Origin: Geosiphon pyriformis uo1
Taxonomy: Eukaryota; Fungi; Glomeromycota
Direction of reading: 5' to 3'
Assembly (NCBI GenBank): GCA_016748015.1
Contig: JAAOMT010000577.1
Span: forward strand, 416,666-480,665
DNA length: 64,000 nt
Each line of letters begins with the position of its first letter. The first letter of the stretch is position 1. Below the pieces are notes generated by a model. That model saw only the letters and a list, made by a program, of their open reading frames with translations. It was not told the DNA's origin and made no database searches. Both the position numbers and the translations under genes were made by a program. Positions 52,401 to 64,000 of the stretch are shown here, one piece after another.

Positions 52401-55400
52401 CTGCATCAAAAAATGTTCTTTTTCTGACTTTTTCTGAAATTAATAGAGCATATTGACAGGTTTGATCACATATTTCTCTTCTCATTGCAACATCAATTTA
52501 ATTGTATTCTTCTGGTAGTATATCTCTACATGTAAAGCAAGGAGTGTTGTCCTATTTTCCACTTTTTTTAGAGTATTCAAATCGTTTTCTATAGTATGCT
52601 TTACAGTAATAACAGGTGTGAGTTTCATATTTTTTTAGAAAAATACATGCTCTCATTAATGAAAGTTTCTTCTTGCAATCTTTGTATTTGAGTGAGATAT
52701 AGGGTGGTTGTTTTTTTGGTTCTGGTGTAGAGTATCAAACAACATTCTATTTTCTGGTTTTCTCAAAGATTTCTTGTTCTGTTTCTTCAGCCCAACTGGA
52801 TGTTAATCCAAGAGCCATAAAGATTTCAATGGTTGGTAGTTCTTTCTCCTCTTTAAATTCGAAAACTGGGACTTTTTCAGATTTTTTATTAAAGATACCA
52901 CAGGTGGCAGGTACTCTGGTGTATTGTCCTTGGTATAAAATCTTCAATTCCTGAGTTTTCCAGTCCAAATTTGCATTGGCCTTGAGAAGCCAATCATTTC
53001 CAACAAGAGTTTAGTATTATGGTACATCTATGACTAGAACTTTTACTGGAATAATAATTCCATTAATAGTGAATAGGAAGTTGTCAATTTCCCCTACTGG
53101 TGTCTTTTTCATACCATCTGCTATAACAATTACTGTTTGGGCTAATCTGTCAACATTTTGATTAAGTTGTTGTATTAATTAATAGGTGATAATACTTTTA
53201 GCAAATCCACTATCTAGAATTAATCAGATGGGTTTTCTTTCTACTGTAGCTTCAGTATACATGGCAGTGATAGCTTTTTGCTCATTGACTACTGCATTGC
53301 TAAGCAAGAATGGTAATTCATTTGCTTCAAATTCAAATGGAAAAATATCTGAAAATTGGCATTTTGGGCAATTTGGACTGGTAGAATAGTGTTGTTAGAA
53401 AAGTTTGATTTTGGTGCTGCAACTTTACCTTCAGAAAGTGCAGTTTGTTGAAAATTTGATCCTTCAGGCATTGTAAGATAACTGGGTTGAGTGTGATAGT
53501 GATTGGGTTTTTGCTGACCAGAATTTCGGAGAACCAACTGGTTATTTGGATTGATTCTGTTGTTATTATTACTGAATTGATTTTGAGGTGTGAATTGATT
53601 ATGTTGAACTAATCTTCTGGCTGGTACTTGATATTGTTGAGTGGGTGGTGTTTGATATTGCTAAATTGGTAAAGGTTGCTGATATTGGTGCTGCATTAAT
53701 TGTGGAGCTGATTGATAATAACTGTTTTGATTTTGTGGTCTTGGTGAATAATAAGTTGATGGTGAAGATTGGTAATAAGATTGTTGTGGTGAAAAGTAAC
53801 ATTGATTACTTCTGTTTTGTTGGTCTCTCTGTAATTTCTTGTAATTTCGTTTTTAGTGTCCTGAGATTCCACTATAATAACAATTTTGAGATTGGTTGTT
53901 AAATAGTGATCCAAAATTGTTTTGGTTGCATTATTGTGGAGATTGGTATTTTTGTGGTTGTTGCTGTTGTTGTTGTTGGTTTGTAAAGTAGCTTTCAACC
54001 TTTTTTGTGAGTTGGTCTATTTTCTCTTTAGCTGCTGAGCTGGTTTTTTCAATGGCTAGGTTGACAAGTTTGGTGTGATTTGCTTCTTCTATTGTTATTT
54101 TATAGTTCTTTGCATGTCTAATGGCAGTTGCTAAGTCTGCTGGGGCATGTGAGTGAACTTTTTTGATTAACTTGTCTTTTAATTCTGCTATAAACTGATC
54201 CAAAATCTGGGCATTGGAATAGTATTTATTGGTTTCCAATTGTCAAATTCATCAAAGAAGTTTGTTGAATTTCCCAAGATAGATCATAACAGTTTCAGAT
54301 GTTTTTGTTTAATATTGCAAAAGCAATTTTGAAGAGTGATAGAGGTGTTGTTATCAGTGAATTGTTGTAAAAAAGCATCTTTGAATACTTGCCAGTTTTC
54401 AAATGGTTTTTCTAAGTTTTTAAACCATTCTTTTGCAGTTTCTTGGAATTGTCTTGAACATTCTTGCTGCATTCCAATCATTTGCATCTCCTGCTTTCTG
54501 AACTTTATCAAGCCATTTTTGAGAACTGGTATTATTGTCTTCACCAATGAATTTAGGAATCTTTGCAATGTAAGCAGTTGCTATTTCTTTTTCGTTTTCT
54601 GCAGTTTCTTCTTGTTCTGATTTAGTTTCTTTACTTTCCAAGTTTTCTGAAGGATTACTTTCGTTTTTCTGTAAGTAATCAATAATATTGGTGCTTGTTG
54701 ATAAGAGTTCCTGCTGTTGAGTAGGATTTTTAGGTAACTGAAAATCTTCTGGTTTGAAGAAACAGTTAAGTAGTGAATTAGGTGTTTGTGGTTGAGCAAG
54801 TAAAATTAGAAATAGTGTAATAAAAAGTAGTAATTTGACACTGGTTCTTTGTTTAGGTGTTTGTAAGTGTTTGGTAGTTGTCTTCAGTGTCTTTGGAGTA
54901 TTTGGGGTGATATTTAAGTGTTGTTTCAGTTTTTGTTTGCCTTTGTGGCTTGTTTCTGTCTCTGATTCAAAGTCAATAGAGTATTGAGACTGTACTGGAT
55001 ATGTTTCTTCACAATACTTAATAATGTTAAAATTAAGTTCTTGAAAGTAGGTGGCAAGTGTTTTACTGTTAAGGTCTTCAGTTTTCAACTGTAAATAGTG
55101 CATTAAATTATTGTAAAAGTTACTTCTAACTTCTAAAATGTTGTAATCTCCAAGAAGATAATTGTTGATACAGTTTTCAATATATTAGTAAAGTGTCTTT
55201 TTAACAATTTCAATTCCGTCTGGAATGTTGAATCTCTGCTTGCAATGAGTGTAAATTGACTAATAATACTCTAAAGTTGTTGTGTCTGATGTGATTGCCA
55301 CTTTGAAGTTGTTATTGCTGTGTTATTTTTATGAGAGAGCACCAAATGTTACCAGAGGTTTTTGGTCTCTTTTTTTGAATGTTGTTGATGTTAATTTGCT

Positions 55401-56316
55401 GTGAATTTACGTTCTTAGGAAGTAGTTAAACCTCCAGTAACTGAATTTATCTTCAAATTATCTCCTATAATTTGAACTACTGGGCTTATAAGTGGAATGA
55501 CCAATTTCTTACCAGTTGCTTTATGTAGTTACATTGTAGTAAATGTCAATTCTTTCTCAGGAATTGCTTGTCTGGAAGCTTACTAAAAATATGTAGTTAC
55601 TTTGCTGTGAAAGTCAACTCTTCTACAGGAATCTTGTCTGTAGACTACCCTAATAATTGTAATACAAAAATAAAAGAAAAATAAAAAAAATGTAAAAAAA
55701 ATAGGATTTAATCAAGAGAAACGTTTTCTATTTAGGCCTGGAATTACTAACAGATTATTGAAATTGGTAGCTAATTAATTTCAAAACATTAGTTGTGTTG
55801 AGAGAATTTCAAGTATAATAATTTTAAGGATTTGTTTTTCGAATATTTAATTTTTATTTGAATGTATAAAAAATAATTTGTTTTAATTAAGATATCTAAA
55901 GTAGAATGCTATGGTAAGATACTATGAGAAGATACATTTTCTTGAAGAGAGAAGCTCTTCTTTTATACAATTTGTTGTAGTACTAGTCTTTGAACTTGCA
56001 CTTTTCTCTTTGTTATAATTTGGGTAAACTAAAGATACATTTTGGCAAACTACAAGTTATTTTCACTGAACTATTAATTATTTCGGCCAATTTTCATTAA
56101 TTTCGGCGAATTTTGACTATGTTAAATGGTTCAGAGTATTGTGTAATTTAATCATCTTAATTTCTAGAGTACAAATCGAATTATTGATTGAGTAATAATA
56201 TTTGATAATTTGATTAAATAATAAGTGATAATTGAAATAAATAATAATGTATGCTAATTAATAATAGAAATTATAAGGGTAATTTTATGCTAATTAATTA
56301 AATTCTACTGGTAACA
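46448..56316 (-). mobile_element. Ty3/gypsy element C (full length, second family)
   Basis: LTRs 46448-47403 and 55347-56316; TSD ccat/ctat; PBS TGGTGCTCTCTC (55344-55333); PPT GAGGAGAAGATTA; gag, PR (~53270-52950), Cys-rich domain (~52700-52090), dUTPase (~51940-51550), RT, RH, IN. Confidence 0.95.
47438..48091 (-). pseudogene. Element C ORF3 (~217 aa when reconstructed; best preserved copy)
   Basis: The 148-aa open frame 47884-47438 extends in frame through one TAG to a decayed start (ATA) at 48091. Reads IYRYFHI..FY...KLRAAFKLYDLF...IKVQYIGKLTELKFQQF. Confidence 0.75.
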
Positions 56317-57217
56317 CTATGAATTATCTCACTAAATAGCCAAAAACAAAAACAATTCAAAGAGCAGATACAGAATTCATAGTCAAATTTATTTACCAAA
56401 ATTTGATCTGTTAGCATGGATGTTCAAAAAAGTTGTTATTAGACCAAGGAATCCACTTTGTGAATAGAATATTAGCAAAATTAAGTCAAAGATTTGATAT
56501 AAAAAGACTATTATTATTACTATATTATTCACAAATCAATAGCTTAGTCAAAAAATTTAATAGAACATTGTGTAAAGCAATAGCCAAGATCAGTCAAAAA
56601 AACCAGAATGAATGAGATTTGTTTATATTATCAATGCTATTTGCTTATCAAACAATAAAGCAAGATACTAAACAAGCAACACTATTCAAATTAGTATATG
56701 ATAGAACAGTAACATTACTAGTTAAGATAAAAGTCAACACATATTCAACTAAATCAATAATAAAAGACAATTTTCAAGAAATATTGTTGAAAAAAACATA
56801 TGATCTAATAGAAATGCTAAAAACAAACAAAAAAGAGCAGCTAATAATATTCAAAAGTCACAAACAAAACAAAAAGAATGATATAATAACCAATTACCAG
56901 ATAAACCAGTCGAATTCAGGATTAGAAACAAAGTATTCTTACATTATACCAAAGCAAAAAAACAATAAAATAAAAAATTTGACCCCAAATGAAACAGACT
57001 ATTTTACATAGAGGAAATTCTAAAAAATAGAGCTTATAAATTAAGATAGAACAACAAAATTTTGATCAAAACAGTACATAGAGATTGACTGAAATTATAT
57101 TACAATATAATATTATTATCCACTAATAATATTTCACAATTAGAAGTATAATGAATACCAGTCCAACCAAATGAGATTTCACAAGATTTGGAATCAATTA
57201 TAATCATTAACACAAAC

Positions 57218-57925
57218 ATGTCAAATTAATTAACCAAAAGAATATATAAAAAGACATGATATATATAACTAAAGCAACAATAAAAGATAGAATTTACTAA
57301 TAATATCTATTTACTAGCACAACAACTATTCCAACTAATTCAGCAACAACAAAAAAACATGAAAATTATCATTAATCAACAAATTATTCAATACAAAGAC
57401 ACTAAAAAGAAACTACTATATAAAGTACATGAGAAATCAAAAAACACAATAGACAGAATAATAGTGAAAGTTAAGTTGTTATTAGAAACACCAAAAATAA
57501 AAACATCATACTAAGAGTTAATAAAAAAAAGTTGAAATTAGTGAACACAACAATTTCTCAAAAACTTTTGTTATTACTATTTGGGATAGACTCTTAATAT
57601 CCAAAATTTATATACTAACAAAACAAAATAATTATTTAATACAACAGTACTACAACAATTTTAACAAGTTGTAAAGAAGAATAATCTATCCACACAGACA
57701 TAAGCCATATATCAGCTATATGCAGAATTCCAAGACCAACCAGAAATACTACTTAATTCAACAATAGATACAGTTATTATTAATTAATTGAAAAAAATAA
57801 CTAATGTCCAATTTGAAGAATTACAGATAAAAATAACTCAAGTAATTTTCAAAAAAAAAGTACAAGATTTAATTAAAAATGAAGAATTAAGAGATATAAA
57901 AAATCTTAACAGAGCTCAATATTAA
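57218..57925 (+). pseudogene. Element D ORF3 (A-type)
   Basis: NFCYYYLG-...AIYQLYAEFQDQPEILL...KITNVQFEEL...RAQY*; close to A ORF3. Confidence 0.75.
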
Positions 57926-57938
57926 AAAGAGAGAATAA

Positions 57939-58872
57939 TATTACTTATAGAATATAGAAAGTATATTAGTAGATAAATTAACCAATCAGAGATAAACATA
58001 GTAAAGTGGAATTTCAGGATTTTTTTTAGAGAAATTGCAAAATTCCAGAATTACAAAATTTTTGTATGAGGAATTACAAGATTCTAAAATTCTAGGATTC
58101 CTCTCAAGAAATTGCAGAATTCCTATAATTTTAGGATTCCTGATTAGAAAATTGAGGAATTTAAGGAATTTTGTATAACAAAATTTATATATATATAGTA
58201 ATAGTATTAAAACCAGAAAAAACAGAATTAATACCAAGAATTTTTAGTTTTAAAACCCCAAAGTTCTAATATTCAATATCAATAAAATACTTATTTCTAT
58301 CATAATCTATTATCTATTATCAACACTTTATATTGATAGCTACCAATACTTAACTATACTAGACTAATAGCTTTTGATTATAGCTATTGATGAAATATTA
58401 ATCTTTAATTGCCTTGGCTTATTTCTTTTATTTTATTTTTTTTATTTTATTTTTTTTTTCTCTATTTTGTTTTTGTTGTTATTAATTAATTAAAAATCAA
58501 GCACTAAGTTACTAATGTTAAAAATTATCTGGTAAAATACCTAGTGATAAAGGATAAAACACTCTATAATTGAGAATTATTTACCAGAAAATTACCAGCC
58601 ATTAAGCTGAAAAAGAAATTGATAAAATCAGATATTCTAGGAAGCAATTAAAACAACAAATATACTGGCCATTAAGCTAAGAAAGAAATTGATGAAATTG
58701 TGATTCTGAAAGGTAACTGATACAATTATTGAATCTCTGTCTATTATACAAAAAACTTAACCAAAACCTTTAAATCACAAAAACCTTCAGATATTACCAA
58801 TCATACAAAGTATTAAGCACCAGATTACAGATTTTTTATTTGTATTAACACTCCAAATAATTATTTGTAATA
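57939..58872 (+). repeat. Element D 3' LTR (A-type U3)
   Basis: t(a)ttacttatag...tttgtaa(t)a; reverse-complement homolog of the A LTRs. Confidence 0.9.
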
Positions 58873-59235
58873 CTAACAAGGTCTAAGTTTAGAGTTAATA
58901 TGAAAAAAACTGGCTTGATTGGGGACAGTAGTGTGGTTTTAAGTTTGTCATATAGTTTGGTATCAATATTATCAGATAAAATAATCAGAATGCTTGGCAT
59001 TATTGAGTTTTTTGTTGTTAGTTTTAGCTATTATAGACCATGTCTTTTTTTTCTGATTTAAATTGTAACATAAGTGTTAATATAAATATGTAGTATTGCT
59101 TTGTTTGGCCTAAATGGCTAGTCAGATATAATAAGTACATAAGTCATGTTTAGTTTGAGCCACTTAATTTGGTTCTATGTACTAAATAGTAATTGGGCTT
59201 TACTCATTAATAAATTTTATTAAAAAAAAAAAAAA
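58873..59235 (+). mobile_element. LINE 3' end (ORF2 C-terminus, 3' UTR, poly(A)); probably the tail of LINE3
   Basis: RSKFRVNMKKTGLIGDS... with stop at 59091-59093; A14 tail at 59222-59235. Confidence 0.8.
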
Positions 59236-62200
59236 TAGTTTTTAAGTTTTTATTTATTTAATTACAAGATAATTTTTTATTAATATTATTTATAATTATT
59301 TTTATTTTTAATATATTTCAAATTTTTTTTATTATATTATTTATAATATTAATGGTTTTTTTTACAAATATTAATAGTGATTATAAAACTAGTAATAAAA
59401 ATAAAAGTTATTTTAATTTAAAAATAAACACACCAAAAGCTAAAAGATTTAATATTTGTAAAATAATTAAGTTTTCTATTAGTATTTTGAAATACACTTT
59501 AGATAATAATAAAGTTATGCTCTTTTCTTATCTTTTAATATTTTTAAATAGAAAGTAAATCAACTCTAAGATTATTAAAAAATTATTTGTTTTGAACATT
59601 AATTTTTTAACAGTAAAAAACAAATTAACAACAGTAAAAATTCAAGTAATTAAAAAATTATTTTTATTAGTCAATAATTTTGAAAAAGTTATTACTTCTT
59701 TAAAATTTGAAAAAATATTTAGATCTATATTTATATTAGAGAAAAACATAAAAAAGACTATATTATTGGTCAAAAAAAAAACATTATGATAAATAATAAT
59801 ATTAAAAAACAAGAATTTTGTTCAAATTAGACTGTAGTAATAAAAAATTCTTATAAATATACCAAAAAAATAATTGTCATCACAGTAACTAAATATAATT
59901 AAATAGTGTTAATTTAGTTATAGTTAATTAGACTATAACAAAAAGCTATAATAAAATTTGTTAAATCAAATTAAGTCAATTAACTAATATTAAAATAATT
60001 ATTTTTATTCAGAAAAAATTTAGTACATATAACCAAAGCTGTAGAAAATCACAATATTTAAATATAAAAAGATTAATTTAAAATGCTTTTATTTATTTTG
60101 ACTATAAAAAAAACTGCTTATAATTTAAGTATTTTATTAAAAAAAACTGGTAAAAAAACATATGTAATTAATCAATTATTTGAGACTGACAATAAAGTTT
60201 ATTGTGCTGTAATTGGTTTTGGATTAAAAAAAAATTTGAATCAGTTTTTATACAAAGCCAATTTTTATTAATATAAAACTTTTTTGGATTAAGTTAGATA
60301 TAGTTTATTGTAAAAAATATAAATGTTTTAGATATTTTGTTCTGAATTATAATATACTAAGTACATCTATTCTTTTATTTTTAAGAGTATATAAGAATTT
60401 TGCTTTAGAAGCAAATTGTCTTTAGTTGACTAAGTTATATGTTAATCAAATTTTTTTATTTTACATTTTGCTGTCTTTGATAACAAATTATGAACCTAAG
60501 TAGTTTTATTAACTTTTGTTTTTAATAATGTTTGCTTTGGTTTGGTTTTGGGTTGTTTTTTTTGGTATTTTAAATTTTGATAGAACTTTTTTTGTTCTAT
60601 AAAATAGTTTGTCTATTAATATTTTTTAGAATTCTTGGCTAATTAAGTATTTAGTATTGTGTAAAAACTAAGTAATACAAATTTGGTGCTTTTAGTTTCT
60701 GTTTCATAATTTTTTTTTTATTTGTTTTTGTGTTTTTAAATTTAAATTTAAATTTGGATATAGTTTTAGATAACTTATAGACATCATTTTTTTATTTTTT
60801 TTTAGTAACAATAACTAAAACTTTAAATTTAAATATAAACAGCTTTAAGATTTTAATTATCAAGATAGAGATTTTAATTATTAAAGTAGACAACTTAGAA
60901 TTGAAAATGATTGTTTTTGAAATTTTTATTAGTTTAGTTTTAATAAAATTAAATTAATTATGTTTTGGTTTAAACCTTTTAATATATTTTTTACTTTAAT
61001 AACCAATTATATTTAAAAGTTTGTAATATATAATATCAAAAAAAAACAATTTGGTTAAATAAAAAGATATTATTAAATGGCATAAAAATTCTAGCAATTT
61101 GGTTTTTATATTTACTAAGACAAAACTAAAAAAAATAGACTAAATTTTGAATTATAAACAAATTTTCAAATATAAAAGTTTTTATTTTTGGTTTAAACAC
61201 TGGTTATTTAAGTTTAAAAGTAATAATAATAATAAATAATATTTTTGCTCAGCACATATGTAAAGTTTTTGAAATCTTTAGTCATTTTTTTTTAATTTAT
61301 TTGTTGTTTGGCAATAAATTTTTGGTAATAATACTGAGTTTATATGCTAATATTTTTGTTAGTTTATATTTTGATTAGGTCTGTAAAGTAAATTTATGTA
61401 TTGTTAAAACAATTAATTTAAGTTTTTATGTAATATTAAGTTGTAATTTTAATAAAGATATAATAAAACAAAATATAAATTTAAAAAAATATTTTAATTT
61501 AAATTTGTATAATTTTCTTTTAAATAATTTTGTTGTTAAACTTCTAACTTAAAGTAATTTAAAAAGTATAAAAAAGACTATAAATTATATTTTTATTAAT
61601 AAATATTTTTTAATAATTGTATTTGATCAAGAGATTAATAATGTATTTGATTTTTTTAATATTGACTACATGATTATTATAATCTTTTTTAGTTTAAGTG
61701 GTTTTTAAATAAATATTTAGAAAATATGCTAATAAAAATTAATAAAAGTTTAAAAATATGAATTATGCCAAATAAATATGCTTTGAAAAAGTATTATTTG
61801 CTAAGTTTTTAATAGTAATAAATAAATTTGTAAACATAAAAATTCTTGATAATTTGGATATTATACAGAAAATATTTAAAAAAATAATAATAAATTTAAC
61901 TGATTTGATATTTTTTAAACATTGATTTAGCAAGTTTAAGTGCTTAAAAAACAAACAATCTTTAAAGTTTTTTAGGTTAAAATTGCTAATTGCTAAGATT
62001 ATAAAAAAATTAAGCTTAAACAACAGATTTAAATGTGATTATTTTATTAAAAAATAGTCTATTATTGATGATAAAAAGTCTTTCAAAATTAAAAATGTTT
62101 TAAAATAATATAAAGTTAATAAATATTATTAACTACTTGTTAATAATCAAGAAAAAATATAAGAAATCCAAATATTATAAATCAAAAATAACCAAAAATA

Positions 62201-64000
62201 TAGCTGTCAAAAAATAATTAAAAAACAAATAAAAAGTTTTAGTTTTAATAAAGAAAGCATAATAAGAAGTATTTTGAAATAGTCTTTTTAAAAAATAATT
62301 CTGAACTATTTAGTAGTTAAAAAAAATTGGTTCTAAAATCAAATAAAATAAAACTTAGAATTAATAAAATTATAATAAGTTAAATAAAAAAGTAAAAAGT
62401 ACTTGTAATACTGTTTAATTTGTACTTTTACCAGTATATACTATTAAGTTATATAAAAGAATATATTTTTTTTGGTATAATAAGTAAGATTTGAATAAAT
62501 AAATTGGTTCTAATTATTAATAATCTGTCTAATAATAAAGTTATTAATTTGTTTAAAATATTAAATAAACTTTGAAAACATTATAATAACATAGTAATAA
62601 AATGTTTTTTGAATCTATTAAATTTTTGTTTAACTTTTGGCAATATTTTAGTTTTTTGAAAAAGAGTATAAGTTTTAATGATTTTCAAGCTTTATAATTG
62701 AAATAGTATTTTTACAAATATACAGCTTATTGTATTTATTGAGATAGCTAAAAAAATTTTTAACAAAATTTTTTTAAATTGTATTTTTTTGCTTATAGTA
62801 AATATAATGTTTTTTAAAATTCCAATTTTTTGGTTTTGAAAGGTACTTTAACCCAATTTTCTGTATTTGCTATTGGTTTAATAATAAAAAATGCTTTGAA
62901 AAAAAGCCAAGAGTTTTAATTAGTTCTGTAGAATATGTCCAAAACATATAATTTAGTTAATTAATATTATTTAAAAGCTAGTTTAAAGTATATTAAAATA
63001 TATAATAAGTTTATTAAGTTTTTTAAAAATATACACATAAACAAAATCAACAAAGTAATAATTAATTTTGGTTTTTTAGATAATCACAAAGTATAAGATA
63101 GTTTTAACTAAAGTAAAATATTTTCTTTGTTTTTTCGGAAAATTTTTATTATCTATTATTATGTAAAATAAAGAAACATAAATATTTAAGTAAATATAAA
63201 ATTAACACTAATTTTGTGACAAAAATGAGTAAAGTAGAAATCAATAGAAAAAAATTTTTTTTTTGTAATTGGTATTTTTATTGATAATACAATTTAGATA
63301 AAAAACAATTAGACTTTAACACAATATATTTTGGATATTATTAGTAAGTTTTTTAAGATTAATAATATTTTTATTAATAATAACAAGACAATAGTAATTT
63401 TTATTAATTAAAAAATTGTAAATACTTCTTTGTATATTAGTAATTAGTCTATTTTTATTGCCAAGTATAGTGAATTTTATAGGTACTTGGAATTTTTTGT
63501 CAACAGAAAATATATTTAAGTCAAGTTTTGTTAAGACATATTTAGATGTTAAGTTTTTTTTTAATTTTGGTTTTTAGAAAAATATTGTTAAATAAACAGT
63601 TTTTTATTTGGTCTTAGCAATTTTTTAACTTATAGTAAATTATTAAACATAATTCAATTTTATATTTAAAAATATATATTAGAAATGAAATATTATAATT
63701 AAAAAAAAGTTTAGATTTAAAACCAATTTGCTCAAAGATTTTTTTAATCAAACTTTATACTATTTATTTCTGTATAAATTAAAGTTTTTTAAACAGATAC
63801 AAACAGAAAACAAAGTAGTTTTAGTAGTTTAGTTCTTTAATACAACTGAAATTTTTGGCCAATTATTTAAATACTATTTTTTGGATTTGCAAGTTTTAGA
63901 ATAGATACTTATAAACTTACTACAGTACTTAATTAAGTTAAAGTTAGTCCTGTAAATAATTATTTGGTAAAAATTGAAAAATTTTTTTTAAATAATCAGA
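59236..64000 (+). mobile_element. LINE4, heavily decayed, continues beyond the window (ORF1 to ~61002; ORF2 APE-RT from ~60999)
   Basis: KLFLLVNNFEKVITSLKFEKIFRSIF; AYNLSILLKKTGKKTYVIN; RT relics at ~62700-63500 (FIDNTI). Confidence 0.85.

Larger units (their letters stand above)
44990..58872 (+). mobile_element. Ty3/gypsy element D, 5'-truncated (RT-RH-IN-ORF3-3' LTR), interrupted by C
   Basis: Starts at RT WQVA...VVMYLDNTNVFS..LKFLGHI. The IN sequence RYITVA|MNYLTK is split by C. PPT 57924-57938; LTR 57939-58872. Confidence 0.9.

Noticed and set aside
1032-62023. Short ORFs in the track as independent host genes
   Set aside because: All are fragments or antisense/off-frame shadows of LINE and gypsy ORFs or LTRs.
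684-64000. Alternative genetic code explaining the in-frame stops
   Set aside because: Stops fall at different Trp, Gln and Arg codons in different copies and come with frameshifts, consistent with transition decay.

Overview
This is very AT-rich eukaryotic repeat DNA, made almost entirely of nested retroelements decayed by C>T/G>A transitions. The translated relics look like those I remember from the Glomeromycotina fungus Geosiphon pyriformis; that is recognition from memory, not a database result. From left to right: (1) The 5' end of an apparently intact host gene on the - strand (113->1). A decayed inverted copy of its promoter and first exon lies at ~14.5-15.1 kb. (2) Four related LINEs (ORF1 with RRM-like and CCHC motifs; ORF2 with APE, RT, RNase H and a Zn finger). 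LINE2 sits antisense inside the 3' UTR of LINE1, LINE3 is split by a ~38-kb LTR nest, and LINE4 runs off the window. (3) Ty3/gypsy elements A (16318-27279, -), B (32031-41603, -, chimeric), E (41604-44989, +, non-autonomous, with an 87-88-bp satellite), D (44990-58872, +, 5'-truncated) and C (46448-56316, -, inside D), plus a C-family solo LTR inside the gag of A. The gypsy elements share an unusual layout: gag, PR, Cys-rich domain, dUTPase, RT, RH, IN without chromodomain, then an extra non-env ORF3 abutting the PPT. Best candidate for an undescribed system: each ORF3 variant sits next to its own cluster of short repeated motifs in U3, just upstream of the TATA-like box, while R/U5 stays conserved. 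This suggests an element-encoded, sequence-specific transactivator or anti-silencing protein with cognate sites. Other notable signals: a U5 anti-PBS hairpin in three LTR families, and one inferred ectopic recombination that explains all missing segments. All TE ORFs are pseudogenised, and domain boundaries are approximate.
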